Below the pieces are notes generated by a model, which did not search any database, was not told where the DNA came from, and saw nothing but the letters and a program-made list of their open reading frames with translations. From Bacteroidales bacterium (GTDB lineage: Bacteria > Bacteroidota > Bacteroidia > Bacteroidales > WCHB1-69): DNA of 64,000 nucleotides. Below are positions 37,319 through 47,360 of the stretch, piece by piece; the first letter of the stretch is position 1; each line of letters begins with the position of its first letter. The position numbers were made by a program, and so were the translations under genes. The DNA is taken from the NCBI GenBank assembly GCA_017454945.1, contig JAFTCA010000052.1:6476-70475 (forward strand), in the 5' to 3' direction.

Positions 37319-38374
37319 ATGAACGAGAATCTATTTTTACTACTGTTCTTCCTCTTCACAGGTTTCCTGCTCGCTTTAGACTTGGGTGTTGTCCACAAAA
37401 AAGACCGTGAAGTAACCTTTAAGGAAGCCGCCCTTTGGACCGGAATCTATATCGGCATTGCCTTGATATTCTATGTATTTCTACTCCTACATGCCGAATG
37501 GGTTCACGGAGTGGAAACGCTTGACCAACTGCAAGCGCTGAACCTCAAGCATGGCCACGGACTCAATTTCGACGGCAAGACTTTCGAGGAAGGCGTCAAG
37601 ATGTACCGCCACGCCATGTCGATGGAGTATCTTACTGGTTATCTGATAGAAAAGTCCCTCTCCATTGACAACATCTTTGTCATGCTGATGATTTTTATCG
37701 GTTTCAGCGTTGATAAAAAATACTACCACAGAGTGCTTTTCTATGGCATTTTAGGTGCCATTGTTCTCCGTTTTATCTTCATCTTTGCAGCCGCCGCACT
37801 TATCCAAAAGTTCCATTGGATACTGCTTCTCTTTGGACTCTTCCTTGTCTATACGGGTGTGAAAATGTTTGTGGAATGGTGGAAGAAGAAACCTGAAAGA
37901 ATTGATGTGGAACACCATCCTGTGGTGAAATTCCTGTCGAAGAGAAAACTCTCCACCACACAGTTCCATGGACACGACTTCTTTGCCAAGATTGACGGCC
38001 GCTGGCTCTGCACACCTTTGTTTGTGGTGCTTGTCATCATCGAATTCTCAGATGTCATCTTCGCTTTTGACTCCATTCCCGCCATCTTCTCGGTTACTCA
38101 AGACCCCTATATCGTTTTCTATTCCAACATTTTCGCCATCCTCGGACTGCGGTCGTTGTTCTTTATGCTGGAAAGCGTCATCGACAAGTTCCGCTTCCTC
38201 AAAGTCGGATTGGCCATACTGCTTACCTTTATCGGTATGAAGATGTTGTTAGAGCACTTCATACATATCAGCACAGGAGTATCGCTAATTGTCATTGTTT
38301 CCATACTTGCGGCCTGCATTGTAGCCTCCATCCTTTTCCCTGAAAAGAAGAACACGGAAGAAGTTTCCGAATAA
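37319..38374 (+). CDS. TerC family integral membrane protein
   Basis: 351 aa, multi-TM. EKSLSIDNIFV and FSDVIFAFDSIPA repeated TerC motifs. Confidence 0.87.
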   Translation: MNENLFLLLFFLFTGFLLALDLGVVHKKDREVTFKEAALWTGIYIGIALIFYVFLLLHAEWVHGVETLDQLQALNLKHGHGLNFDGKTFEEGVKMYRHAMSMEYLTGYLIEKSLSIDNIFVMLMIFIGFSVDKKYYHRVLFYGILGAIVLRFIFIFAAAALIQKFHWILLLFGLFLVYTGVKMFVEWWKKKPERIDVEHHPVVKFLSKRKLSTTQFHGHDFFAKIDGRWLCTPLFVVLVIIEFSDVIFAFDSIPAIFSVTQDPYIVFYSNIFAILGLRSLFFMLESVIDKFRFLKVGLAILLTFIGMKMLLEHFIHISTGVSLIVIVSILAACIVASILFPEKKNTEEVSE

Positions 38375-38385
38375 TATAATCTCTT

Positions 38386-39273
38386 ATGGACGAGCAACTT
38401 CACAAAGCCGGATTTGTCAATATCATCGGCAATCCCAATGTGGGCAAGAGCACGCTGATGAACCAGCTGGTGGGCGAGCGCCTGTCGATTATCACCGCCA
38501 AGGCGCAAACCACACGTCACCGCATCAAGGGTATTGTCAACGGCGAAAACTACCAGATTGTCTATTCCGACCTGCCGGGTATCCTCACGCCTGCTTACAA
38601 GATGCAGGAGATGATGATGAAGTTCGTGAATGAGTCGCTGAAGGATGCCGATGTGATTCTTTACCTCATCGAATGCGGCGAAACGCGCTATGATGAACAG
38701 ATTATTGAGAAATTGTCCAAGATGAGTATCCCTATCATTTTGGTCATCAACAAAATAGACAAAGCCACTGCAGATGCCATACAAGCCACCCGCACCCACT
38801 GGCAGACATTGCTGCCTAAAGCCGAGTGCATTGAAATCTCAGCCAAAGAGCATCTGCACATTACCGAGTTAGAACAACTCATTGTCAGCAAGTTGCCAGC
38901 CTCACCACCCTACTTTCCCAAAGACGAACTGACCGACCGGCCATTGCGCTTTTTCATTTCCGAAATCATCCGTGAGAAGATCCTGCTGCTTTACAAAAAA
39001 GAGATTCCCTACAGCGTAGAGGTTTCTGTGGACAGCTTTCACGAAGAGGATGACATCACACGCATTGGAGCCACGCTCTATGTGGAGCGCGAAACGCAAA
39101 AGCCCATCATCATTGGCAGCAAAGGCAGCGCCATCAAGCGGTTGGGCATGGAGTCGCGTGCCGCCATTGAAGAGTTCCTCGACAAGCATGTTTTCCTTGA
39201 TCTGTCGGTCAAAGTGCTCAAGGATTGGCGCAGCAGCGACACGCAGATGAAACGGTTCGGGTATAGCTATTAA
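38386..39273 (+). CDS. era: GTPase Era
   Basis: 295 aa. GNPNVGKST (G1), DLPGI (G3), NKIDK (G4), C-terminal KH domain (IIGSKGSAIKRLG). Confidence 0.95.
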   Translation: MDEQLHKAGFVNIIGNPNVGKSTLMNQLVGERLSIITAKAQTTRHRIKGIVNGENYQIVYSDLPGILTPAYKMQEMMMKFVNESLKDADVILYLIECGETRYDEQIIEKLSKMSIPIILVINKIDKATADAIQATRTHWQTLLPKAECIEISAKEHLHITELEQLIVSKLPASPPYFPKDELTDRPLRFFISEIIREKILLLYKKEIPYSVEVSVDSFHEEDDITRIGATLYVERETQKPIIIGSKGSAIKRLGMESRAAIEEFLDKHVFLDLSVKVLKDWRSSDTQMKRFGYSY

Positions 39274-39299
39274 AAAGAACAAAATTCAAAGAACAAATA

Positions 39300-39340
39300 A
39301 TGCGGTGCCTTCGACATGCTCAGGCACCGCATCATTTTTG
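39300..39340. terminator. Bidirectional terminator between era and the GH2 gene
   Basis: ATGCGGTGCC (39300-39309) pairs with GGCACCGCAT (39323-39332). CATTTTTG lies downstream and an A-rich tract upstream. Confidence 0.65.
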
Positions 39341-39358
39341 TCTTGTGAAAAAATATGT

Positions 39359-42043
39359 CTATTTCAGTTTCAACGTTTGATCTTTCACATTCCAGCCACT
39401 AACCGACAAACTCGGTGCGCCCGAAATATTTTTCTCTTCAGTCTCAATAGTCACGGTCTTTGAAGCACCGGGCATCAACGTGAAGAAGTTGTCGTCGTAG
39501 AACGAAGGACGAATGGGGTTCATGTCACCGTTCATCAAGTGTAACTGGTTGAAGAAGGCAATAATCTTGGAACTATTCTTCACGGTCACATCGACAAAGA
39601 ACTTACCATTCTCACGGCGAACCTTGGTGGTATATTTCACCTGCGTGGGTTTCATCGTTTGCAGCGATTGGAAACCAGCCGTGCAAGGTCCTGTCAGCGT
39701 GTTCCAGCCCTTGTACTCGCTGTTCGAACGCCAGTAGAAGTTCTCGGAAACCACCTTGCCATTGGCATCGGTGAGTCTGAGATAGAGGAACTGCACATCG
39801 GTGGTGACACCAGAAAAATCGACCTTAATCACATCGTTGGCTACACCGTCTTCGTCCACACTAACATTAGCGCTCTTTTCCCATACCTTCTTGCTATTCA
39901 AGTCATACACAGCAGCATACACTTTTCCTCCCTTGAATGCGGTATAGTAATCGTTGGCCACCGATACGGTATTCTTCATAAAGTCGAACTGCACATGGAT
40001 GGGCTCCAGCGCATTGGCTGTATGATAGAGCGCAGCCGTCGGCTCAAGATACCAGTCGTAGATATGTCCGCACACTTGCGGCATGGGGCTGTTGTGGAAC
40101 CAGAAGAGCAAGCCCGAGCACCAGCGGTCGCCATAGCCCAGCTTGTTGTAGTTCCATGTTTCCCAAATAGAGTGCGAATTGACGGCTGCCACCAGCTGAG
40201 CTTTCTTCGAGAACTCTTCGATGGAGGAAGAGGTGCCGTACTCGTCGGTCATCTGTTTGTACAAGGTGCTCACTTGTGAGAAGCCATTGCCATCGTGGTA
40301 ATCCCAAACTTCTTGATTGATAGGCCACAAGTCCTTCTCGTCCATCATGAGGCGCAGCGATTGTACCAGCGGCAACATGGGTGCTCCGTACTCAGGGTTG
40401 AAGCCGTCGATGCGGCTGCCACGCTCCGATGCAGTGTTTTCGTAGTGGCGCATCGGGTTAACCTGCTTGTAGGGACTGCCATCGTGAATGCCATCGCACT
40501 CCGACTGCATCTGATAGCCGCGGGTACCGTCCAGGCGGTTCAGGAAATCGCGCATGCCCGACATCTCGGTGCTTTCGTTCGAGCATACATAATAGGCCAA
40601 GGCGGGGTGATTACGGATACGTTTCACCGTTGATTCCACATTGTTGAAATAGATGCCCTTATCCTGCGGATGGCGGGTGTCGCCCGTCATGAAGAACTCT
40701 TGCCAGATGAGGATGCCGTACTCGTCGCACAGCTGATAGAAGTAGTCGCTCTCGGCAATACCGCCGCCCCAGAAGCGCAGCAGGTTGATGCCGCACTGGC
40801 GGGTATAGCGCAACTCGGCGGCCATACGCTCATCGTTAGAGCGCAGCATGGCCTCGGGAATCCAGTTCGAGCCACGGATGAAGACTTTTTTGCCGTTCAC
40901 ATAGAATACGCGCGACTGGTCTGGCGTGTTGGTGTCGGAAGTGATTTCACGGATACCGAAGCGGGTGCGCAGCGTATCGCACACTTTGCCGTTCACGCTC
41001 ACCGACATCTTCAGCTCGTAAAGATTTTGAGGTCCTTTGTTGACAGGCCACCACAAACGTGGATTATTGATTACCAGTTGTTTAAACTCATCAGGAGTGA
41101 ACACAACCTCTTCGGTGCAGCCACGATCAACCGACACTTTCTTCTCGAAAGAGATGCCTTCGATGGTGCCTTTCACCACGCAATCCACCATCTCGAAAGT
41201 TGGGTTCACCACTTCCACTGAGACGGTTTGTTTGGACTGGTCGTAATTGGGGTGGCGCAGTTCCGATTTTATGAAAGGATGACGCAGAGCCACTTCGCCC
41301 GTAGAATAGAGGCTTACGCTGCGCCAGATACCCGTGTTGCGGTCGCGGATACCATCCATAAACGAGAAATCCCAGCCGATGCTCATCAGCATGGTGGTGT
41401 TGAGGCCGATGTTGCCGTCGCCACCGTTGTGGAACTCATTAACCACACGCCATTTTTTCTTCTTCCAGGTGCCAGGCACATCCACGGGAATCACCTTCAC
41501 AGCCAGAGCGGCTTTCTCGCCCGGCGTTACAAAGTCGGTGATGTTGATGTAGTCTTTCACAAACATGCCGTGGATAGAGCTCAGCATAATGCCGTTCACC
41601 CACACTTCGGCGTGATAGTTGATACCGTCGAACTGTAGCCAGATTTGGCGACCAGCGAAGTCGGCGGGCACCTCAAACTCGGTGCGGAACCAGCGGGTGT
41701 AGTAGTCGCGGCCCACTTCGGTAATGTCGGGTATCAGTTTCTTCTGCACTTTGTTGTTAAGGCCGTAGTACGGTTCAGGCACCTTGCCATTGTAAACATC
41801 TGTATTTAAAACGGTTCCAGGGATAATGGCGGGCAGCCAGCCGCTCATGTCGTAGCCCACTTTCGAAATGGCCTCGGCGGGACCGTTAATTTGATCCAGC
41901 ATTTGCATTTTCCATACTGCGGTGCCGTTATGGCCGTCTTTCGAATCCAGCCAGATACGGTCGCCGGTGCGCTCATAATTCTGAGCCCAGCCCAGCAACA
42001 CCGACATACATAACAACATACACAGCGAAACAAGTTTTTTCAT
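39359..42043 (-). CDS. Glycoside hydrolase family 2 (beta-mannosidase / exo-beta-glucosaminidase-like)
   Basis: Start set at MKKLVSLCMLLCMSVLLGWAQ (signal peptide, ATG 42043). GH2 sugar-binding N-domain, acid/base context VCSNESTE, and NPEYGA nucleophile context. Confidence 0.85.
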   Translation of the reverse strand: MKKLVSLCMLLCMSVLLGWAQNYERTGDRIWLDSKDGHNGTAVWKMQMLDQINGPAEAISKVGYDMSGWLPAIIPGTVLNTDVYNGKVPEPYYGLNNKVQKKLIPDITEVGRDYYTRWFRTEFEVPADFAGRQIWLQFDGINYHAEVWVNGIMLSSIHGMFVKDYINITDFVTPGEKAALAVKVIPVDVPGTWKKKKWRVVNEFHNGGDGNIGLNTTMLMSIGWDFSFMDGIRDRNTGIWRSVSLYSTGEVALRHPFIKSELRHPNYDQSKQTVSVEVVNPTFEMVDCVVKGTIEGISFEKKVSVDRGCTEEVVFTPDEFKQLVINNPRLWWPVNKGPQNLYELKMSVSVNGKVCDTLRTRFGIREITSDTNTPDQSRVFYVNGKKVFIRGSNWIPEAMLRSNDERMAAELRYTRQCGINLLRFWGGGIAESDYFYQLCDEYGILIWQEFFMTGDTRHPQDKGIYFNNVESTVKRIRNHPALAYYVCSNESTEMSGMRDFLNRLDGTRGYQMQSECDGIHDGSPYKQVNPMRHYENTASERGSRIDGFNPEYGAPMLPLVQSLRLMMDEKDLWPINQEVWDYHDGNGFSQVSTLYKQMTDEYGTSSSIEEFSKKAQLVAAVNSHSIWETWNYNKLGYGDRWCSGLLFWFHNSPMPQVCGHIYDWYLEPTAALYHTANALEPIHVQFDFMKNTVSVANDYYTAFKGGKVYAAVYDLNSKKVWEKSANVSVDEDGVANDVIKVDFSGVTTDVQFLYLRLTDANGKVVSENFYWRSNSEYKGWNTLTGPCTAGFQSLQTMKPTQVKYTTKVRRENGKFFVDVTVKNSSKIIAFFNQLHLMNGDMNPIRPSFYDDNFFTLMPGASKTVTIETEEKNISGAPSLSVSGWNVKDQTLKLK

Positions 42044-42085
42044 TCTCTTTTCAGTTTGATTGAACATAATGTTTATTAAAGGGTA

Positions 42086-42093
42086 CAAAGATA
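42086..42093 (-). promoter_or_regulatory. -7 promoter box for the GH2 gene
   Basis: CAAAGATA = TATCTTTG on minus strand, 42 nt upstream of ATG 42043. Confidence 0.5.
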
Positions 42094-42135
42094 CAAAATT
42101 ATCACCCACATTGTACAACATAACAAAAAGAGCCG

Positions 42136-42143
42136 TATATTTG
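42136..42143 (+). promoter_or_regulatory. -7 promoter box for alaS
   Basis: TATATTTG, 28 nt upstream of ATG 42172. Confidence 0.5.
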
Positions 42144-42171
42144 GCGTTTCAAACATAAAAACCGTAATTAG

Positions 42172-44772
42172 ATGAATTGCAACGAGATAAGAAAGGCTTT
42201 TTTTGATTTTTTTGCTTCTAAAGAACATGTAATTGTGCCGTCGGCCCCCATGGTGGTGAAGAACGACCCCACGCTGATGTTCACCAACGCCGGTATGAAC
42301 CAGTTCAAGGACATCTTCTTGGGCAACCAACCCGCCAAGAACCCGCGCGTGGCCGACTCGCAAAAGTGCCTGCGCGTGTCGGGCAAGCACAACGACCTGG
42401 AAGAGGTGGGCAAGGACACTTACCATCACACCATGTTCGAAATGCTGGGCAACTGGTCGTTCAACGACTATTTCAAGCGCGAAGCCATCGACTGGGGCTG
42501 GGAATTTCTGACCTCGGTGATGAAACTGGACCCCAACCGCTTGTATGCCACTGTTTTCGGCGGCGACGAGAAGGACCACACCGAAGCCGACGAGGAAGCC
42601 AAAGAGTTCTGGAAGAGCCACTTGCCCGAGCATCGCATCTTATACGGCAACAAGAAGGACAACTTCTGGGAAATGGGCGACAGCGGTCCTTGCGGCCCCT
42701 GCTCTGAAATACACATTGACCTGCGAGACGACAGCGAGCGCCAGAAAGTGGACGGCGCCAGCCTCATCAACAAGGACCATCCCCTCGTGATTGAGATTTG
42801 GAACCTTGTGTTCATGCAATTCAACCGTCTGGCTTCGGGCGAACTCAAACCGCTGGCAGCCAAGCATGTGGACACCGGCATGGGTTTTGAACGCCTCTGC
42901 ATGGCCGTGCAAAACAAGAAATCGAACTACGACACTGACATCTTCCAACCGCTCATCCAGTGCATCGCCGCCAAGGCAGGTATGCGCTACGGCGAGGACG
43001 AAAGTCGCGATGTGGCCATGCGCGTGGTGGCCGACCACCTGCGCGCCGTCACCTTCGCCATTGCCGACGGCCAGCTGCCCTCGAACAACGGCGCCGGCTA
43101 TGTCATCCGCCGCATCCTACGACGCGCCATCCGCTACGGCTACACCTTCCTCAACTTCAACGATCCCTTTATGCACTCGCTGGTGAAGGAGCTGGTGGCC
43201 CAGATGGGCGAGCAATTTCCCGAAATTAAAGCACAACAAACTCTGATTGAGAAAGTTATATTAGAAGAAGAAAACTCTTTCCTCAAGACTTTGGCATCAG
43301 GTATCGCCAAATTTGAGAACTACTGCACCAAGATGGGCTCGTCGAAACAGATTGACGGCGCCTTCGCCTTCGAGCTGTTCGACACCTACGGCTTCCCCAT
43401 CGACCTGACCCAGCTGCTGGCTTCGGAGAAGGGACTCGATGTTGATATGGAAGGCTTCCAGAAAGGCCTGCAGGAACAGAAAGAGCGTTCGCGCGCAGCG
43501 GCAGCCATTGAGACCGACGACTGGGTGATGCTGCAAGCCGAACAGCCGACGCAATTCATTGGCTATCACGCTTTAGAATGCGAATGCCACATTATCAAGT
43601 ACCGCAGTGTGAAAGCCAAAGGCAAGCAGTTCTTCCAGATAGTCCTCGACCAGACCCCGTTCTACGCCGAATCGGGCGGACAGGTGGGCGACACTGGCAC
43701 CCTGGCCAGCATCAACGAGCAGATACAAATTGTCAACACCATCAAGGAAAACAACCTGTCGATACACTTAGCTACCTCATTGCCAGACAACTTGACCACT
43801 TCGTTCACCGCTCGCGTTAACGAGACCCGCCGTATCAGCACGCAGAACAACCACAGCGCCACGCACTTGCTGCACTACGCCCTGCGTTCGGTGCTGGGCA
43901 CCCACGTTGAACAGAAAGGCTCGCTGGTGACCGACAGCCGCCTGCGCTTCGACTTCTCACACTTTGCCAAACTCACCGAAGAAGAGATACAGAAAGTGGA
44001 ACACATTGTCAATGAACTCATTCGTCGCAACACCCCGCTCGACGAGCATGTGAACGTACCCATTGACGAAGCCCGCCAGATGGGAGCCATGGCCCTGTTC
44101 GGCGAAAAGTACGGCGACAAAGTACGCGTCATCCGCTTTGGCGACTCTATAGAGCTGTGCGGCGGCACGCACACCTCTGCCACGGGCAACATCGGCTACT
44201 TCAAGATAGTTTCGGAAAGCGCCATTGCCGCCGGCGTGCGCCGTATTGAGGCCGTCACCGGCCAGGCAGCCGAAGAGTACATGGAGCAGTTCCGCACCAC
44301 ACTCGAAGAGGTCAAGGCTTTCCTCAACACCACCAATCCGATGCAGGCGCTAACCAAGCTCATGGCCGAGACCGACAAGATGAAAAAGGACCTGGAAACC
44401 TTACAACAAGAAAAGACACGCCAGTTCATCGACGAGATGCTCAAGGGCGCCAAGGAGACCAACGGCATACACCTCATCAGCCACTGCGGCCACAACGACC
44501 CCGAAATTCTGAAACAGAGCGCCTACCAGCTGAAGAGCCACGCCGGCCACGCCATCGTCATGGGCAGCGTCTATAACGACAAGCCCAGCCTGCTGGTAGC
44601 CCTCTCCGACGACCTGGTAGCCAAGGGCCTCAACGCCTCCAAACTTATCCGCGAAGGCGCAACCTTCATTAAGGGCGGCGGCGGCGGACAGCCCAACCTG
44701 GCCACGGCTGGCGGCAAAGAGCCCAGCGGCCTGCAAGCGGCCATCGACAAGATAATCTCTTTAATCAACTGA
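42172..44772 (+). CDS. alaS: Alanine--tRNA ligase
   Basis: 866 aa. Class II AlaRS catalytic core, editing-domain HSATHLLH and CGGTH motifs, C-terminal DHHA1-like GGGGGQ. Confidence 0.97.
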   Translation: MNCNEIRKAFFDFFASKEHVIVPSAPMVVKNDPTLMFTNAGMNQFKDIFLGNQPAKNPRVADSQKCLRVSGKHNDLEEVGKDTYHHTMFEMLGNWSFNDYFKREAIDWGWEFLTSVMKLDPNRLYATVFGGDEKDHTEADEEAKEFWKSHLPEHRILYGNKKDNFWEMGDSGPCGPCSEIHIDLRDDSERQKVDGASLINKDHPLVIEIWNLVFMQFNRLASGELKPLAAKHVDTGMGFERLCMAVQNKKSNYDTDIFQPLIQCIAAKAGMRYGEDESRDVAMRVVADHLRAVTFAIADGQLPSNNGAGYVIRRILRRAIRYGYTFLNFNDPFMHSLVKELVAQMGEQFPEIKAQQTLIEKVILEEENSFLKTLASGIAKFENYCTKMGSSKQIDGAFAFELFDTYGFPIDLTQLLASEKGLDVDMEGFQKGLQEQKERSRAAAAIETDDWVMLQAEQPTQFIGYHALECECHIIKYRSVKAKGKQFFQIVLDQTPFYAESGGQVGDTGTLASINEQIQIVNTIKENNLSIHLATSLPDNLTTSFTARVNETRRISTQNNHSATHLLHYALRSVLGTHVEQKGSLVTDSRLRFDFSHFAKLTEEEIQKVEHIVNELIRRNTPLDEHVNVPIDEARQMGAMALFGEKYGDKVRVIRFGDSIELCGGTHTSATGNIGYFKIVSESAIAAGVRRIEAVTGQAAEEYMEQFRTTLEEVKAFLNTTNPMQALTKLMAETDKMKKDLETLQQEKTRQFIDEMLKGAKETNGIHLISHCGHNDPEILKQSAYQLKSHAGHAIVMGSVYNDKPSLLVALSDDLVAKGLNASKLIREGATFIKGGGGGQPNLATAGGKEPSGLQAAIDKIISLIN

Positions 44773-44782
44773 TACAAAGAAT

Positions 44783-44820
44783 GAAAGGACTCCAACAAAG
44801 AGTCCTTTCTTCACATTTTT
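44783..44820 (+). terminator. Terminator of alaS
   Basis: GAAAGGACTC (44783-44792) pairs with GAGTCCTTTC (44800-44809), followed by TTCACATTTTT. Confidence 0.6.
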
Positions 44821-44869
44821 CTGTTTATATTTTTCGATGGCACAAACCATGCCAAATTGCTTTTCATCG

Positions 44870-44877
44870 TATTTTTG
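44870..44877 (+). promoter_or_regulatory. -7 promoter box for the M23/EnvC-like gene
   Basis: TATTTTTG, 29 nt upstream of ATG 44907. Confidence 0.5.
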
Positions 44878-44906
44878 ACAATTGTGTTAAAAAGAATCCA
44901 TTCATT

Positions 44907-46157
44907 ATGCGCAGATATATCTTACTCTTCTTTCTCTGCTTAGGAATCCTGGCAACCGGATACGCCCAATCCAAGAGCGAAAAGCTGAAAAGCAACAAGA
45001 AAAAGATTGAGGCCGAAATAGCTTCGACCCAGAAGCTGCTGAACCAGACTTCCAAAAACAAACAGGCATCGCTACAACAATTATCCGTGCTTCGCAGGCA
45101 AATCTCCAACCGCGAGGAACTGATTACAAGCCTGAACAACGAGATTTTCAGCATGGAAGAGGAACTGGACCTTAACATAAAGCTATACAAAGAGTTAGAC
45201 AAGAAGTTGGAATACATGAAAACCGACTACTCGCGCATCGTCTATCTGGCCTACAAAAACCGCAATATGATTGACAAAGTGGCATTCCTGCTGGCCTCGG
45301 AAGACTTCTCGCAGATGTTCCGCCGGATAAAATACTACACCATCTTCGCTAACGACGTAAAACGCCAAGTAGTGCTAATCAAGCAGACGCAAGAGGAAAT
45401 TGCCAAAAAGAATGAGGAGATTCTCCAATTGAAAGAAGAAAAAACCGCTTTGCTCGAAGGCAAAGAAAAGGAAATCAGGCAGTTGGAAATCGACAGAAAT
45501 AATAAGACCAAAGCCACCGAAGCCTTAAAGAAACAAGAAAAACAGCTGGCCAGCGAGCTCAAGAGCAAGCAGCAGAAACGGCGAGAGCTTGATGCCGCCA
45601 TCAAGAAGGCCATCCAAGAGGAGATTTTGGCTGCCAACAAGAAAAAAGCAGCCGCCAACAAGAAGAGTTCATCAAGCAGCACTGCCGGCAAGACCACTAC
45701 TTCGAAGACCGAAATCACCCTCACCCCTGAAGAGAAACTTATCAGCGACTCGTTTGTCAGCAACAAGGGCAAACTGCCCTGGCCCGTACTCAAAGGAGCC
45801 AAAATCAGCGAGTTCGGCAACTATCCCCACCCTGATGTGCCCTCGGTGATGATTGAAAACAAGGGCATCGACATCCTTGTGGAGCCCAACACGCCCGTCA
45901 GAGCCGTTTTCCAAGGCGAAGTGGCTGGTGTCCTCGACATCATGGGAACCAAGGTGCTGATGATTCGCCACGGCGAGTATCTGTCTGTTTATCAGAACAT
46001 CACCAATGTCAATGTTAAAAAAGGCGACAAGGTAAGCACGAAGCAGACCGTTGGAACCGTTTCAAAATCAACACGTTCGAATACTTACGAACTACACTTT
46101 GAGGTTTGGAAAAACAGCACCAACCTTAATCCTAGCAGCTGGTTGAGCGCACGATAA
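44907..46157 (+). CDS. Coiled-coil protein with a degenerate LytM/M23 domain (EnvC-like murein hydrolase activator)
   Basis: Start at MRRYILLFFLCLGILATGYAQ (signal peptide). The track start 44781 lies inside the alaS terminator. Long coiled coil. In the C-terminal LytM domain, NKGIDI replaces HxGxD and ELHFE replaces HxH. Confidence 0.83.
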   Translation: MRRYILLFFLCLGILATGYAQSKSEKLKSNKKKIEAEIASTQKLLNQTSKNKQASLQQLSVLRRQISNREELITSLNNEIFSMEEELDLNIKLYKELDKKLEYMKTDYSRIVYLAYKNRNMIDKVAFLLASEDFSQMFRRIKYYTIFANDVKRQVVLIKQTQEEIAKKNEEILQLKEEKTALLEGKEKEIRQLEIDRNNKTKATEALKKQEKQLASELKSKQQKRRELDAAIKKAIQEEILAANKKKAAANKKSSSSSTAGKTTTSKTEITLTPEEKLISDSFVSNKGKLPWPVLKGAKISEFGNYPHPDVPSVMIENKGIDILVEPNTPVRAVFQGEVAGVLDIMGTKVLMIRHGEYLSVYQNITNVNVKKGDKVSTKQTVGTVSKSTRSNTYELHFEVWKNSTNLNPSSWLSAR

Positions 46158-46164
46158 ATTCGTG

Positions 46165-46172
46165 TATATTTG
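46165..46172 (+). promoter_or_regulatory. -7 promoter box for holB
   Basis: TATATTTG, 25 nt upstream of ATG 46198. Confidence 0.5.
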
Positions 46173-46197
46173 CATTCTGTTAAGATGATTTACAACT

Positions 46198-47355
46198 ATG
46201 CTATTTAAAGATGTAATGGTTGATGACTCCATCAAAGAAAGTCTCATCAACCTTGTGAAAAGCAACAGAGTGAGCCATGCGCAACTGTTTTTGTGCAGTC
46301 CGGGAAACCACAGTTTCGCCCTGGCTGTAGCCTATGCCCAATATCTGTCGTGCCAGAACCGCGGCGAACACGACTCATGCGGCGTTTGTCCCTCGTGTCT
46401 CAAATTTGAGAAACTGTCGCACCCCGACTTCCACCTGATATTTCCCAATGTGGCCAAAAATTCCAACGACAAGGACTACAACTCGAAAAAGTGGCTGCCA
46501 GAATTCAGGGAATATGTCTTCGAGAACAACTATCACATTTCGCTTAACAGCTGGCTCAAGGAGTTGGGAGGTGAAAACAAACAGGCAACCATCAACATCC
46601 GCGACTGCGGCAACATCGTGGAACAGAATAGTATACGCGCCTACGAAGGCGGCTACAAGATATATCTGCTATGGATGGTGGAACGACTTTACCATGCTGC
46701 GGCACCAAAATTGCTGAAGACACTCGAGGAGCCTGAGAACAAGACCTTGTTCATCCTCATGACTGAGAATCCCGACAATATCCTATCCACCATCAAGTCG
46801 CGTACACAATATATCAAGATACCTCCGCTGTCGGAAACGACTATCGCCCAACATCTTCAGCAGGAACTCGAAGTGTCAGAAGAAACGGCAAGAGACATTG
46901 CCTCCATCTCCGAGGGCAACTATGTCAAGGCGCTAACTTTCGCCCATGACAACAAAGAGCAAGAAGAGATGCTGCATTATTTCGAATGTTTCTTCAACGG
47001 TGTGTTGGCCAACGATGGCAAACGCCCTCTCAACCAAGTGAAATTTTTCGAAGTGAGAGCTGTCATTGAAAAAATTGGCAAACTGGGCCGCGAATCACAA
47101 AAGAATTTCGTGCAGTACATGGGGCGTATGTTGCGCAACATATTGCTAATCAACACAAATAACGAAGCTTTAGTAAAAGCCACACATGAAGAGCGCGACC
47201 TGCTCAATTTCTACAAAACGCGCGTAACCGTCTTCAATGCCAAACCGCTGATGGAAGAATGCAACAAAGCGCATTACCACATAGAACGTAATGGCAACAC
47301 ATCGCTCATTATGACAGATATGTTTCTGAAGATGAGCACGATATTAGCTTCGTAA
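46198..47355 (+). CDS. holB: DNA polymerase III delta-prime subunit
   Basis: 385 aa. HAQLFLCSPGNHSFALA, zinc module CGVCPSCLKF, SHPDFHLIFP, and LLKTLEEP clamp-loader motif. Confidence 0.82.
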   Translation: MLFKDVMVDDSIKESLINLVKSNRVSHAQLFLCSPGNHSFALAVAYAQYLSCQNRGEHDSCGVCPSCLKFEKLSHPDFHLIFPNVAKNSNDKDYNSKKWLPEFREYVFENNYHISLNSWLKELGGENKQATINIRDCGNIVEQNSIRAYEGGYKIYLLWMVERLYHAAAPKLLKTLEEPENKTLFILMTENPDNILSTIKSRTQYIKIPPLSETTIAQHLQQELEVSEETARDIASISEGNYVKALTFAHDNKEQEEMLHYFECFFNGVLANDGKRPLNQVKFFEVRAVIEKIGKLGRESQKNFVQYMGRMLRNILLINTNNEALVKATHEERDLLNFYKTRVTVFNAKPLMEECNKAHYHIERNGNTSLIMTDMFLKMSTILAS

Positions 47356-47360
47356 GAGAG

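Noticed and set aside
38119-38799. 226-aa minus-strand ORF spanning the terC-era junction, and a 185-aa ORF at 42076-42633 antisense to alaS.
   Set aside because: Both are antisense to well-supported genes, have no motifs and no promoter box, so they are shadow ORFs.
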